A stretch of 47,763 nucleotides of DNA from Thermodesulfobacteriota bacterium (GCA_034659175.1 JAYEGR010000027.1:1-47763), one strand, 5' to 3'. Numbered from the stretch's first letter, positions 26,902-36,204 are shown. Numbers and translations: made by a program. The notes: generated by a model not told the origin, from the letters alone.

Positions 26902-27132
26902 ATGAAGGATTTGGTTTCTTTTATTGCGACATTTCTTGTGGACCAGCCTGATGCGATTGACGTGGTTGAGTCTGAACAGGAAGACCAGATTATAGTGGAA
27001 TTGCGGGTTGCCAAGGAAGACCTTGGCAAGGTGATCGGTAAACAAGGCCGAACCGCACGGGCCATCCGGTCATTATTGACCGCAACAGCGGGGAAGAATA
27101 ACAAGCAGGCGAGGCTCGATATAATCGACTGA
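26902..27132 (+). CDS. KH-domain RNA-binding protein (UPF0109/YlqC-like)
   Basis: It has the GKVIGKQGRTARAIRSL GxxG KH motif. I moved the start to the ATG at 26902 (MKDLVSF), because the track start 26851 lies inside the repeat. Confidence 0.85.
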   Translation: MKDLVSFIATFLVDQPDAIDVVESEQEDQIIVELRVAKEDLGKVIGKQGRTARAIRSLLTATAGKNNKQARLDIID

Positions 27133-27247
27133 TTATACTATGCTGTTATGAATGTTTTTAGTGTTCATCCTGAAATCAAAATGTAACTGATCACGGGGGC
27201 AAGTTAACCATAATAACGGTTATTCCCGTGCCGTAAAGCAAACGCTC

Positions 27248-27850
27248 TTGTGGGTTTCAAGGTCGGGGAATGTCTGGATTTTGGCCGGAAAAAGTATTAA
27301 TCCCCTAAAAAAAACGGGTTGTGGCGCTGAACAGGATCAAGTCTTGGTCGGCAAGGTTGTAAAGGCCCACGGTATCAAGGGCGAGATAAAGGTATTTCCT
27401 TTCTCAAAATTCCCGGATGATTTTAAATCATACCCCGAGGTGATCATTACTGACGAGCCTGCCGGGGGAAAAATAGTTTACCGCGTCATCAAAAGCCGCA
27501 GTTGGAAGAAACTCGCCGTAATCCAGCTTGATGGAGTGGACAATCGAAACGATTCAGAGGAGTTACGCGGCAGGGAGGTCTGGATTCCGAGACAGTTCCT
27601 GCGGCAACCAGAGCCTGACGAGTACTGCCTGCATGAGATGAAAGGACTGCAAGTGGTCACGGACAACGGTCGCAAGCTTGGGACCGTCACGTCACTCATG
27701 GTAACCCCCGGGCATGATATACTGGTAGTTACAGGCCTTGACCGGGAATATTTGATTCCAGCCGTAAATGAATTGATTAGAGATATAGATAAGGAAACAG
27801 GCACCCTGATCATTTCCCCCACTCCCGGATTGCTGGAGATTAACGACTAA
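27248..27850 (+). CDS. rimM: 16S rRNA processing protein RimM
   Basis: VGKVVKAHGIKGEIKV is the N-terminal RimM motif, and a PRC-barrel C-terminus follows. The start codon is uncertain: TTG at 27248 or an internal TTG. Confidence 0.85.
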   Translation: MWVSRSGNVWILAGKSINPLKKTGCGAEQDQVLVGKVVKAHGIKGEIKVFPFSKFPDDFKSYPEVIITDEPAGGKIVYRVIKSRSWKKLAVIQLDGVDNRNDSEELRGREVWIPRQFLRQPEPDEYCLHEMKGLQVVTDNGRKLGTVTSLMVTPGHDILVVTGLDREYLIPAVNELIRDIDKETGTLIISPTPGLLEIND

Positions 27851-27853
27851 GGG

Positions 27854-28597
27854 ATGGGAATGAGATTTGACGTTCTCACTATTTTTCCTGATCTGCTTAA
27901 ATCCCCCTTGGAGGAAGGAATTATCCGACGGGCGGTGCAGGACGAAAAAATCAGGATAGAGATACACAACATCCGTGATTTTGCCCTTGATAAACACGCC
28001 ATGACGGATGACCGCCCTTTCGGCGGTGGCGAAGGCATGGTGATGAAGCCCGAACCCATTGCCGCGGCTCTTCAGCATGTGTGCAATCCGGCTTCTGCCG
28101 GCCATGTGATCCTGCTTAGCCCGCAGGGGCGGTTGTTTTCCCAGGAAGTAGCCGAGGAACTGGCCCGACTGGACCACTTAGTTTTGTTGTGCGGCAGATA
28201 CGAGGGCGTGGACGAACGAATCAGGACCGGGTTTGTTGACGATGAGATATCCGTTGGTAATTACGTCCTCACAGGCGGAGAACCGGCAGCCTTAATATTG
28301 ATTGATGCTATTACCAGGCTAATCCCAGGCGTACTTGGATGCGCTGATTCGGCTGAAAACGACACCTTCAGTCATGGACTGCTCAAGCACCCTCAATTCA
28401 CCAGGCCCAGGGTATTTAATTCAGTTAAGGTCCCGGAGGTCCTTTTGTCTGGAGACCATAAAGCTATCTTTGAATGGCGCTTTGCCGCCTCGGTGCGGCA
28501 GACATTGGAAAAGAGACCTGATTTGCTTGAGCATGTAAGCTTTACCAAAAGCGAAATTAAGATTCTGAAAAAGCACGGAGTGGATATAAAACTTTAG
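27854..28597 (+). CDS. trmD: tRNA (guanine37-N1)-methyltransferase TrmD
   Basis: Motifs are MRFDVLTIFPDL, CGRYEGVDERI and SVGNYVLTGGEPAALILIDA. Confidence 0.95.
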   Translation: MGMRFDVLTIFPDLLKSPLEEGIIRRAVQDEKIRIEIHNIRDFALDKHAMTDDRPFGGGEGMVMKPEPIAAALQHVCNPASAGHVILLSPQGRLFSQEVAEELARLDHLVLLCGRYEGVDERIRTGFVDDEISVGNYVLTGGEPAALILIDAITRLIPGVLGCADSAENDTFSHGLLKHPQFTRPRVFNSVKVPEVLLSGDHKAIFEWRFAASVRQTLEKRPDLLEHVSFTKSEIKILKKHGVDIKL

Positions 28598-28668
28598 CAT
28601 GTACCGAAATTCTTGATGTATCGGAAAAACAAAATTTCTGTACATTTGTTATAGACTATCAGCACAAT

Positions 28669-28724
28669 GTAGGGGCGAATCTTGTATTCACCCTGATTAG
28701 GGCGATCACAAGGATCGCTCCTAC
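28669..28724. repeat. GC-rich imperfect palindrome of the GTAGGGGCGAA type (REP-like)
   Basis: GTAGGGGCGAATCTTGTATTCACCCT is followed by the reverse-complement-like TAGGGCGATCACAAGGATCGCTCCTAC. It yields the GEYKIRPY peptide in the spurious ORF 28594-28788. Confidence 0.5.
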
Positions 28725-28782
28725 TCGCCCGTAGAGCGTTATGTGCAAGGGTTATTTGAGCGGACCCCCTTATGCTGTGAAA

Positions 28783-29346
28783 ATGCAAATCAGATTAGAT
28801 CTTGCCCTGGTTCATTATCCGGTATACAACAAAAACAGAGAGACTATCGGCTCCGCAGTCACTAACCTCGACCTGCACGACATTGCAAGGGCCGGTCGGA
28901 CATATGGTGTTGACACGCTATACATCGTGACCCCCTATCAGGACCAGCAGGAACTGGTCAGTGAGATAACCGCCCACTGGCGGAGCGGGCACGGTGCTCA
29001 ATACAACAGCACGAGAAAGGACGCTCTCTCGATTGTGCGCCTATGCAGCGATCTGGACGAATTATTTGCCCTGACGACCGAGAAATGGAAGGAACGCCCC
29101 ACAATCCTGGCCACCAGCGCAAAAGAGTACGCAACTACATGGTCTTACGATCTGACTCGGGAAAAGCTTTATTCCGGAGAGCGGTTCCTGATTTTATTCG
29201 GAACCGCATGGGGTTTGACGTTGGAAGTGCTAAACGCGGTTGACGGCGTATTGCCGCCCATTAAAGGTCAGCCAGAGTACAACCACCTATCAGTGAGATC
29301 CGCTGCAGCCATAGTGCTGGATCGGCTTTTAGGCGGCAGCTATTAG
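28783..29346 (+). CDS. Predicted SAM-dependent RNA methyltransferase (SPOUT-like, Methyltrn_RNA_4-type) inserted between trmD and rplS
   Basis: The sequence reads LALVHYPVYNKNRETIGSAVTNLDLHDIARAGRTYGV ... LILFGTAWGL ... NHLSVRSAAAIVLDRL. The family assignment is from memory. The start is set at ATG 28783 (MQIRLD). Confidence 0.55.
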   Translation: MQIRLDLALVHYPVYNKNRETIGSAVTNLDLHDIARAGRTYGVDTLYIVTPYQDQQELVSEITAHWRSGHGAQYNSTRKDALSIVRLCSDLDELFALTTEKWKERPTILATSAKEYATTWSYDLTREKLYSGERFLILFGTAWGLTLEVLNAVDGVLPPIKGQPEYNHLSVRSAAAIVLDRLLGGSY

Positions 29347-29464
29347 CTCAAGAAATCTATAAGAAACATGCAAGCTAAAAGCTAACCGCTAAAGGCTAAC
29401 AGCTTTTTTTATATATGTGATAAAAACCGGAAAAGTGCCGGTTGAACAAGTTGGAGAGAAAAAA

Positions 29465-29812
29465 ATGAATGTTCTTGAGCAAATCGAAAGAGAAAATATG
29501 CGTCATGACATCCCGGATTTCAGGGCAGGTGACACGGTCAGGGTTCATATCCGAATCATAGAGGGCAATAAAGAGAGATTGCAGGTCTTTCAAGGAGTTG
29601 TGATCCGCCGGAGAAGGGGAACCATGGACGCCGGTTTTACTGTAAGGAAAATTTCCCACGGTATTGGTGTTGAAAAAACCTTCCCCTTGCACTCGCCAAG
29701 GATTGAAAAGGTTGAAGTAATCACCCGCGGCAAGGTGCGTCGCTCCAGACTCTACTACCTCCGGAACCTGCGCGGAAAGGCGGCCCGTATCAAAGAAAAA
29801 GGTTATAACTAA
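29465..29812 (+). CDS. rplS: 50S ribosomal protein L19
   Basis: [31 protein letters not shown] is the canonical L19 core. The start is the ATG at 29465, after GGAGAG. Confidence 0.95.
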   Translation: MNVLEQIERENMRHDIPDFRAGDTVRVHIRIIEGNKERLQVFQGVVIRRRRGTMDAGFTVRKISHGIGVEKTFPLHSPRIEKVEVITRGKVRRSRLYYLRNLRGKAARIKEKGYN

Positions 29813-29966
29813 TCCGGATAAACTGGAAATTTTTAAAGGTACTGGACTATTTCCAGTACCCCCTCCGAGGGATATAAGTGCCTTAAAACATGTGCCACCG
29901 CAGGCTTAACATATAATTTTGGAGTTTTTCTGCCACAAAAAACAAAAAAATTACCACTAAGGCACT
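29813..29966 (+). repeat. Family-4 intergenic repeat, copy X
   Basis: It starts right after the rplS stop. CCGGATAAACTGGAAATTTTTAAAGGTACTGGACTATTTCCAGTACCCCCT contains a 9-bp hairpin (ACTGGAAAT/ATTTCCAGT). Next come AGTGCCTTA ... TAAGGCACT inverted repeats. It is homologous to the reverse complement of 39206-39323. Confidence 0.65.
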
Positions 29967-29976
29967 AAAAATTTAA

Positions 29977-30603
29977 GTGTTTGCGCAAAACGACACATTT
30001 TTCTTTGAACGAGACCTTGTCCGGCAGGGCTTTGTCTTGGTTGCCGGAGTGGATGAGGCCGGCCGGGGCCCATTGGCAGGCCCTGTCGTGGCAGCCAGTG
30101 TCATCCTGCCGCCTGACTGCGCTTACGAACAGTTTAAGGATTCTAAAAAGCTCACTCCCAGGGCTCGCGAAAAGCTGTATGCCGACCTTTGGGAGATAAA
30201 CGCGATGATCGGCGTGGGTATAGTTTCGGCTGCAAGGATCGACCGGATCAATATCCTTCAAGCGTCCCTGCTCGCTATGCGGAGAGCTACGCGCCTTCTT
30301 CCTTTAAGACCCGACTATCTTCTGGTGGACGGAAAATTTCCCGTTCCTATCACGATTCCACAACAAGCCCTTATCAAGGGTGAGACAAGAAGCGCGTCAA
30401 TTGCCGCGGCATCAATCATTGCCAAAGTGACAAGAGATGAATTGATGCAAAAGCTTCATCTCAAGTTCCCGGTATACAATTTTCATAAGCACAAGGGATA
30501 TCCAACCGTTATGCACCGCCGTGCCATACGAAACCACGGCCCGTGTGAAATTCACCGGAAGACCTTCAAAGGCGTCCGGGAATATATCTCCCGAGAATCA
30601 TGA
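29977..30603 (+). CDS. rnhB: Ribonuclease HII
   Basis: The motif is VAGVDEAGRGPLAGPVVAA. It has a GTG start and overlaps the next gene by 4 nt (ATGA). Confidence 0.9.
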   Translation: MFAQNDTFFFERDLVRQGFVLVAGVDEAGRGPLAGPVVAASVILPPDCAYEQFKDSKKLTPRAREKLYADLWEINAMIGVGIVSAARIDRINILQASLLAMRRATRLLPLRPDYLLVDGKFPVPITIPQQALIKGETRSASIAAASIIAKVTRDELMQKLHLKFPVYNFHKHKGYPTVMHRRAIRNHGPCEIHRKTFKGVREYISRES

Positions 30604-30977
30604 CAAAAAAGAGGAAGTCATTAGGAAAAATGGGGGAGGACCTTGTCATGGAGCATCTGAAAAAGTCAGGGTGCCTGATACTTGAACGGAATTACCGGGT
30701 GCGGATGGGTGAGATTGATCTCATAGTCAAAGATTCAGGCACACTTGTGTTTGTCGAGGTAAAGACCCGCTCTGATTCAACATATGGCAGCCCGTTTGAT
30801 GCCGTGACTCCAGCCAAACAGAAACAACTTTCCAAGGTGGCGCTTTTTTACCTGGGCAGACACGACATGCTCGACAGGCCTGCCCGTTTTGACGTTGTGT
30901 CAGTCCGGGTAAAAAAAGGCGCTCCTCCAAAACTTGAAATAATTAAAAATGCATTTGAACTCTGTTACGGCATATGA
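30600..30977 (+). CDS. YraN-family (UPF0102) endonuclease-like protein
   Basis: GEDLVMEHLKKSGCLILERNYRVRMGEIDLIVKD...VFVEVKTR is the typical YraN pattern. Confidence 0.85.
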   Translation: MTKKRKSLGKMGEDLVMEHLKKSGCLILERNYRVRMGEIDLIVKDSGTLVFVEVKTRSDSTYGSPFDAVTPAKQKQLSKVALFYLGRHDMLDRPARFDVVSVRVKKGAPPKLEIIKNAFELCYGI

Positions 30978-30978
30978 G

Positions 30979-31112
30979 GTAATCGTTCACAGGCCCTCCA
31001 TCTGAACGCGCCCAACGGAAGTGCCCTTGGGGTACGATCAGCCCGGCTCACATATTACTTATATAGTGAGCCGAACTGCTAGCGCCCATATGGAGCGCCT
31101 GAGAACGATTAC
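30979..31112 (-). repeat. Family-1 repeat, copy E (chimeric form with different termini)
   Basis: The termini are GTAATCGTTCACAGG (30979-) and CCTGAGAACGATTAC (-31112). The core GGAAGTGCCCTTGGGGT is present, together with an inner stem GGCTCACATATTACTTATATAGTGAGCC. Confidence 0.7.
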
Positions 31113-31134
31113 ATTCTTAAGGAGTCTGCAAAAT

Positions 31135-32181
31135 ATGGGGCAACCTCTGAACGGTTACCATATGAGTGATACAACCGGTCTTATCGGCATTACAATGGGT
31201 TGTCCCGTGGGGATCGGGCCGGAGTTGATACTGCGTTTCCTGTCCGGGCCGGCGGTTCCGGACGTGTTTACCCCTGTAGTTCTAGGTAATTTAGGAGTAC
31301 TTGAAAGGTGCGCACGCGACTTAGGTCTCAATCCGCAGCTTATGTCATGGCAACCGGGCCGACCGGTCACACCCGGTGTAATCCCGGTATTTGATCCGTC
31401 ACCCGAGACAACGCTGCCTGCCCCGGACAGACTTATCTGGGGAAACCCCACTATTGAGACCGGTCGGGCCATGGCCTCATACATTGAGAAGGCGGTAAAT
31501 CTGATCCTTAAACGGGAACTTGCCGCCATGGTCACATGCCCGATCGCCAAGTCGGCCCTTAATGCAGCCGGCTACGCTTTTCCCGGCCACACAGAGATGA
31601 TTGCCTCGATCTGTGGTTCATCTGATTACGCAATGATGATGGCCGGAGACAAACTCCGTGTCACCCTGGTGACTATTCATTCCCGCCTGTCGGATGTCCC
31701 GGACCTTCTTTCTATATCAGCCGTGACCAGGCTTATTCAGATAACCGGCGCATCCCTGCGCAATGATTTCGGAATACCTGAACCTAGAATCGCAGTGGCC
31801 GGACTTAATCCTCATGCCGGGGAGGAAGGACTGTTCGGGGATGAGGAGGTGCGGATTATCAAACCCGCGATCGACCATGCCCGCTCGGACGGTTGGCTGA
31901 CGTTCGGCCCATTTCCTCCTGACACGGTTTTTCTAAAAGCGGTTGCAGGCGAGTATGATGGTGTTGTCTGCATGTATCATGACCAGGGGCTCATCCCTTT
32001 TAAACTGCTTCACTTTTCCGATGGCGTGAATGTTACTATCGGCCTGCCGATTGTAAGGACATCAGTTGATCACGGCACTGCATACGATATTGCAGGCAAA
32101 GGAATCGCCGACATCGAAAGCCTTAAAGCCGCCTACAGGATGGCCGGGGAAATAGTCAGAAACCGACGGGCGAGCTATTGA
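31135..32181 (+). CDS. pdxA: 4-hydroxythreonine-4-phosphate dehydrogenase
   Basis: Motifs are FPGHTEM, GLNPHAGE and SVDHGTA. I moved the start from the track GTG at 31021 (inside the repeat) to the ATG at 31135, which lies 10 nt after GGAG. The ATG at 31162 is an alternative. Confidence 0.9.
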   Translation: MGQPLNGYHMSDTTGLIGITMGCPVGIGPELILRFLSGPAVPDVFTPVVLGNLGVLERCARDLGLNPQLMSWQPGRPVTPGVIPVFDPSPETTLPAPDRLIWGNPTIETGRAMASYIEKAVNLILKRELAAMVTCPIAKSALNAAGYAFPGHTEMIASICGSSDYAMMMAGDKLRVTLVTIHSRLSDVPDLLSISAVTRLIQITGASLRNDFGIPEPRIAVAGLNPHAGEEGLFGDEEVRIIKPAIDHARSDGWLTFGPFPPDTVFLKAVAGEYDGVVCMYHDQGLIPFKLLHFSDGVNVTIGLPIVRTSVDHGTAYDIAGKGIADIESLKAAYRMAGEIVRNRRASY

Positions 32182-32256
32182 GCTGTTAAGCCGTTAAGGG
32201 ATGGCTGATATGCTTCAGCCTTTAGCCTTCAACCTAAGTGATTACGAAGATTTATT

Positions 32257-32889
32257 ATGAAACAAGGGGAAAAAAACAACATAAGTCAGGAACGTCCGGG
32301 ACTGCTGATAGCGTTTGAAGGGATAGATGGAGTGGGCAAGACCTCGCAGGTCCGACTCCTGGCGGAAGCGCTGACTAAGATGGGTCATAATGTAGTTTCA
32401 ACCGAAGAGCCGACAAACGGCCGTTTCGGACAAAAAATCAGGCAGGTACTCGTGAACAGGAATAAGGTCTCCCCTGAAGAGGAACTCGAACTCTTTGTGG
32501 CGGACAGACGCGAACACGTGGAAAAGCTGATCGGCCCCAGTCTTTCTAAAGGAAAGATTGTCATCACAGACCGCTATTATTTTTCAACAGCCGCATATCA
32601 GGGGGCTGCGGGCCTGGATGAAGAATATATACTCAAACAAAATGAGGCCTTTGCGCCGATCCCGGATCTGGTTCTCCTGCTGGTTGGAGAACCATCCCTG
32701 GGCATCCATCGAATCAAGTCGCTTCGTCAGGAGGAACTTAATGATTTTGAACAGAAATCAAATTTAAGCAAGGTAGCAGCAGTCTTTGACCGGTTAAAAC
32801 GCGACTATATCAAAAGGGTTGACGCCGGGGGAGACATTGATGAAATTCACAACGCAATAATGGAGCATGTGAAAAGACTCTTGATCTAA
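32257..32889 (+). CDS. tmk: Thymidylate kinase
   Basis: The P-loop is FEGIDGVGKTSQ, with a DRYYFS motif. Confidence 0.9.
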   Translation: MKQGEKNNISQERPGLLIAFEGIDGVGKTSQVRLLAEALTKMGHNVVSTEEPTNGRFGQKIRQVLVNRNKVSPEEELELFVADRREHVEKLIGPSLSKGKIVITDRYYFSTAAYQGAAGLDEEYILKQNEAFAPIPDLVLLLVGEPSLGIHRIKSLRQEELNDFEQKSNLSKVAAVFDRLKRDYIKRVDAGGDIDEIHNAIMEHVKRLLI

Positions 32890-32923
32890 AAGTAAAAAAA
32901 AATTCCGCTCATGCCGGTTCAAT

Positions 32924-32970
32924 AAAAAAACCCCGGAAAACATTCTAAATTGTTTCCGGGGTTTTTTTTT
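32924..32970. terminator. Bidirectional intrinsic terminator between tmk and the cytochrome operon
   Basis: An A-run (32924-32930) precedes the stem CCCCGGAAA (32931-32939) paired with TTTCCGGGG (32953-32961), followed by a run of 9 T (32962-32970). The flanking genes are convergent. Confidence 0.65.
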
Positions 32971-33010
32971 ATTTACCAAGCCGTGCAATTAATGGCTGGT
33001 AATGCTTTTT

Positions 33011-33982
33011 TTATTGAACTTTTTCTCCAGGAAGATCATTCGGATAACTCAATTCATCTTCATGGCAGTCAACACAGCTCTTTACGGCAAAATTACGGTC
33101 GGTATGACAATCCGAACATTCCAGATCAACATGTTCTTCACCCAATATCAGCCCGGTAGACGCGTGTTTGAATGCGCCGACTTTCGCTGCATTGCCGTCA
33201 TGGCAGGAACCGCATGTGGAGCCGAAATCAAGCAAAGCAGATTCAGCTGATGGTTGTTTTGTCACATCATGACAGTCCTTACAGCTTCCACCAGCATGAC
33301 AGGCAACGCATTTCCCTGCGTACATTCCCGAGTGTCCTTTGTGATCAAAGGACACAACGCCTCCCACATAATCGGACTTGAATACGTAAGCGTTTTGAGC
33401 TTCGACTTTTTTATCCGGCAGGCTGCTCTTGTCAGCAACCCTTCCGGCTATTCCGTGACAGTATTGACAGGCATTTTTATGTGCCCAGTCCAGATGGCAG
33501 CCCATGCAGTTCAAATGGTAGACAGCCTTTAGCGAAGGCACTCTCATGTCCTCTCGCACGGGAGATGATTCATGGCACTCACCGCACGACGTTATAACGC
33601 CGTTGGGATCAACATGATGGCAATCAACACATCCGTTGCCAAGCTCGCACCATTTGGCATGTCCGATATGATCAAACTCGACCGGGCCGTAAATATTTGC
33701 CAACTGGTCAATGGTCAAAGTATCAGGACCGTCGCTAGGCGCATATTGGCCGGTAAAATTTCCTCCGAGCCGCGGGCAGACGTCCAGAAGATTTGGTTGA
33801 TTATTTGTCGGAAATTCCTCCTTGACATGACAAGTCCTGCAAAAACTGTTCAAGGGGCGAGTATCCAGTTGGGAACCGCCATGAACGGCAGCTTCCCCAT
33901 ACCCGCCGGCAAAGGAAGGAGTGACAGCGAATGCCGTCAGGGCAGACAATATCAATGATATACTTAATGTTTTTTTATTCAT
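33011..33982 (-). CDS. Periplasmic decahaem cytochrome c (cytochrome c3 superfamily)
   Basis: There are ten CxxCH motifs: CRTCH, CVDCH, CGECH, CMGCH, CQYCH, CVACH, CKDCH, CGSCH, CSDCH and CVDCH. It has a Sec signal peptide. The start is set at the second ATG (33982), 7 nt after GGGAGGA; the track start is 33988. Confidence 0.85.
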   Translation of the reverse strand: MNKKTLSISLILSALTAFAVTPSFAGGYGEAAVHGGSQLDTRPLNSFCRTCHVKEEFPTNNQPNLLDVCPRLGGNFTGQYAPSDGPDTLTIDQLANIYGPVEFDHIGHAKWCELGNGCVDCHHVDPNGVITSCGECHESSPVREDMRVPSLKAVYHLNCMGCHLDWAHKNACQYCHGIAGRVADKSSLPDKKVEAQNAYVFKSDYVGGVVSFDHKGHSGMYAGKCVACHAGGSCKDCHDVTKQPSAESALLDFGSTCGSCHDGNAAKVGAFKHASTGLILGEEHVDLECSDCHTDRNFAVKSCVDCHEDELSYPNDLPGEKVQ

Positions 33983-35183
33983 GGTCATGTCCTCCCTCTA
34001 ACGCGTGAATTACCGGGAAGTTCAGTATAATTAACCTGGCTAATAATGTCAGGATGCAGATACACCCGATTGTGACGCACCATTCCCAGCCTGTGGGGCT
34101 ATAACGGCCTGTCATATCCTGGTATGGAGAACTCACACCTATAATGAATACATTAACACGGTTTAACACTACCCCGGCAACGACCATTGCACCCGCTAAC
34201 CAGAGCCAGCCGAATGAATTACGCAGCCTTTCGCTGATAAAGATGCAGAAAGGCAGGATAATCCCGATAGTTACTTCCAGCATGAACATTTTGCCTTCAA
34301 AAGAGCCGTCGACCAGGTAGACCCAGGTCTCTCTGTTAAGCATATCAACAAGCTTGGCTGCAAAATAAACTGTCAGGAGGAACGGCAGTATCTTGGCATA
34401 TTTGGCAAGCGTCGGTGACTCGTAATGGTAAGGAATTTTGAATGACCTCATTGAGATGCCGGATTCAAAGATCACCATGCCGAGGCCCACGCAGAAGGCT
34501 GAAAGCAGGAACAGCATGGGCAGGATAGGCGTCCACCAGAGTGGATGAATCTTGGTAGCGGCAATAACATTCAGCGCTCCCAGGGATGACTGATGCATGC
34601 AGGAAAGCATAACCCCCAGGATGATGAAGACCCAGATGACCTTTTTCATTATCCTGTCAAGAAAATGAATGATGCCGTTGACTCCGGGCCAAGGTACTCT
34701 GTCCTTGAAACGCTCAAGCACTATGGGAAGAAATTCTATGTACAGAACGGTTATATAACAAGCTACACACATACCGACTTCAAACAGGGCTGAATTCGGC
34801 GACCACATCGAAGGAAGCAACATGTGCCAGATATTATAGGAACGTCCGATATCCACAAAGACCCCAAGTCCGACAAATGTATAGCCCAGCATGGCCGTAA
34901 GCAGAGCCGGGCGGACTATATCATGAAAGTCCTCTTTCATTAAAATTTCCGCTATAAAGGCGGAGGTAAAACCACCGGCCGCCAAAGCAACACCGCAGGC
35001 AACGTCTACCCCGATCCATAATCCCCATGGAAACTGATTGCTAAGGTTTGTGACATGCCCCAGCCCGAAGAGAAACCTGGCCCCTATGCCGGTAAGCCCT
35101 ATCAAGGCCATGATCGAGACTATAATTACCCCAGGTGTGAAAAAAGGGGGTTTTGCAACAGCAGGATGTGAATTGTTACTCAT
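33975..35183 (-). CDS. NrfD/PsrC-family polytopic membrane (quinone-interacting) subunit
   Basis: It has about 10 predicted TM helices and is placed between a Tat-exported FeS subunit and a cytochrome. The start ATG at 35183 overlaps the upstream stop (ATGAGTAA). Confidence 0.8.
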   Translation of the reverse strand: MSNNSHPAVAKPPFFTPGVIIVSIMALIGLTGIGARFLFGLGHVTNLSNQFPWGLWIGVDVACGVALAAGGFTSAFIAEILMKEDFHDIVRPALLTAMLGYTFVGLGVFVDIGRSYNIWHMLLPSMWSPNSALFEVGMCVACYITVLYIEFLPIVLERFKDRVPWPGVNGIIHFLDRIMKKVIWVFIILGVMLSCMHQSSLGALNVIAATKIHPLWWTPILPMLFLLSAFCVGLGMVIFESGISMRSFKIPYHYESPTLAKYAKILPFLLTVYFAAKLVDMLNRETWVYLVDGSFEGKMFMLEVTIGIILPFCIFISERLRNSFGWLWLAGAMVVAGVVLNRVNVFIIGVSSPYQDMTGRYSPTGWEWCVTIGCICILTLLARLIILNFPVIHALEGGHDHE

Positions 35184-36204
35184 GATCGGACCCCCCTTCT
35201 GTATCATCCTTATCTCCATGTTTAAAAAACCCGTTTACATGCATTAAGCCGGCACATGCGCCAAAAAGCATCACAGGAGCTGCAAATTTTTTGAAAATCC
35301 CATGCTGGATTGATTCCAGAAGCGCGGCCGGGCTTTCATCAGGCATATTTTTCGGGAAACCAATATCCTCGAACGGCTGATTGGAAATGTACATCCAGGC
35401 AGTCCCGCCCACTTCGTGCTCACCCAGCACGTGATCAATGTAGCGGTCCGGATGCTTTTTGATTCTTTCGTGCGCAATCTCAAGTAGTTCGCTGCGCTTG
35501 CCGAAGATCATTGCCTCTTGCGGGCATGCTGTGACACATGCCGGCGCCTTTCCGGTCGGTTTACCTTTCTCTTGAGGCGGAAGCCCCCGACCCGGAGTAA
35601 GAAAATTGCCTATCTTGATATCAGGTTTTGGATCATGCTCCGTGGTGGTGCGTGAAAAGCACATAGTGCATTTCATAACCCTGGGAGTTATACGATTATT
35701 ATACTCGTAAGCCGGGACCGCCCACGGACATGCCTGTATGCAGTAACGGCATCCAATGCATTTCCACGCATCGTATGTAACGGGTCCCCATGGATCCTTT
35801 TTAAGCGCTCCGACCAGGCAGGCTGATGCGCATGGGGGATAATCACAGTGCATGCACTGCACCTTGGCGAACATGTCGCCTCCGCCCAGGCCTTTGCCTT
35901 TAAAACGATTCACTACAGTGTAACGTACATCATCGGGACGTCTGAATTCATCAAAAACAGACTGATCCTCGAGGCTATCGATCGATTCGCTAGGGTGCAG
36001 TTTGTTTTCTTCATTGCACGCCCATTCACATTGACGACAGCCGACGCACTTTGTTAAGTCCGTTAAAATACCATAGCTTTCTTCATAAATTTCGGGACCA
36101 TGGTGTGCGCCATGGCCACCGGCCGAGACAGTGGCAGCACCGGCAGTGGCAGCAACGGCTGCAGTTGCCCCTAGACCCTTTAAAAAGTCGCGGCGTGTTG
36201 GCAT
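35176..36204 (-). CDS. Tat-exported 4x[4Fe-4S] ferredoxin-like subunit (PsrB/NrfC/HybA-like) with a C-terminal TM anchor
   Basis: The twin-arginine leader is MPTRRDFLKGLGATAAVAA. Cys clusters are CVGCRQCEWAC, CMHCDYPPCASAC, CIGCRYCIQACP and CVTACP. The C-terminal hydrophobic helix is FAAPVMLFGACAGLM. The start ATG at 36204 lies 7 nt after AGGAGG. Confidence 0.85.
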   Translation of the reverse strand: MPTRRDFLKGLGATAAVAATAGAATVSAGGHGAHHGPEIYEESYGILTDLTKCVGCRQCEWACNEENKLHPSESIDSLEDQSVFDEFRRPDDVRYTVVNRFKGKGLGGGDMFAKVQCMHCDYPPCASACLVGALKKDPWGPVTYDAWKCIGCRYCIQACPWAVPAYEYNNRITPRVMKCTMCFSRTTTEHDPKPDIKIGNFLTPGRGLPPQEKGKPTGKAPACVTACPQEAMIFGKRSELLEIAHERIKKHPDRYIDHVLGEHEVGGTAWMYISNQPFEDIGFPKNMPDESPAALLESIQHGIFKKFAAPVMLFGACAGLMHVNGFFKHGDKDDTEGGSDHE

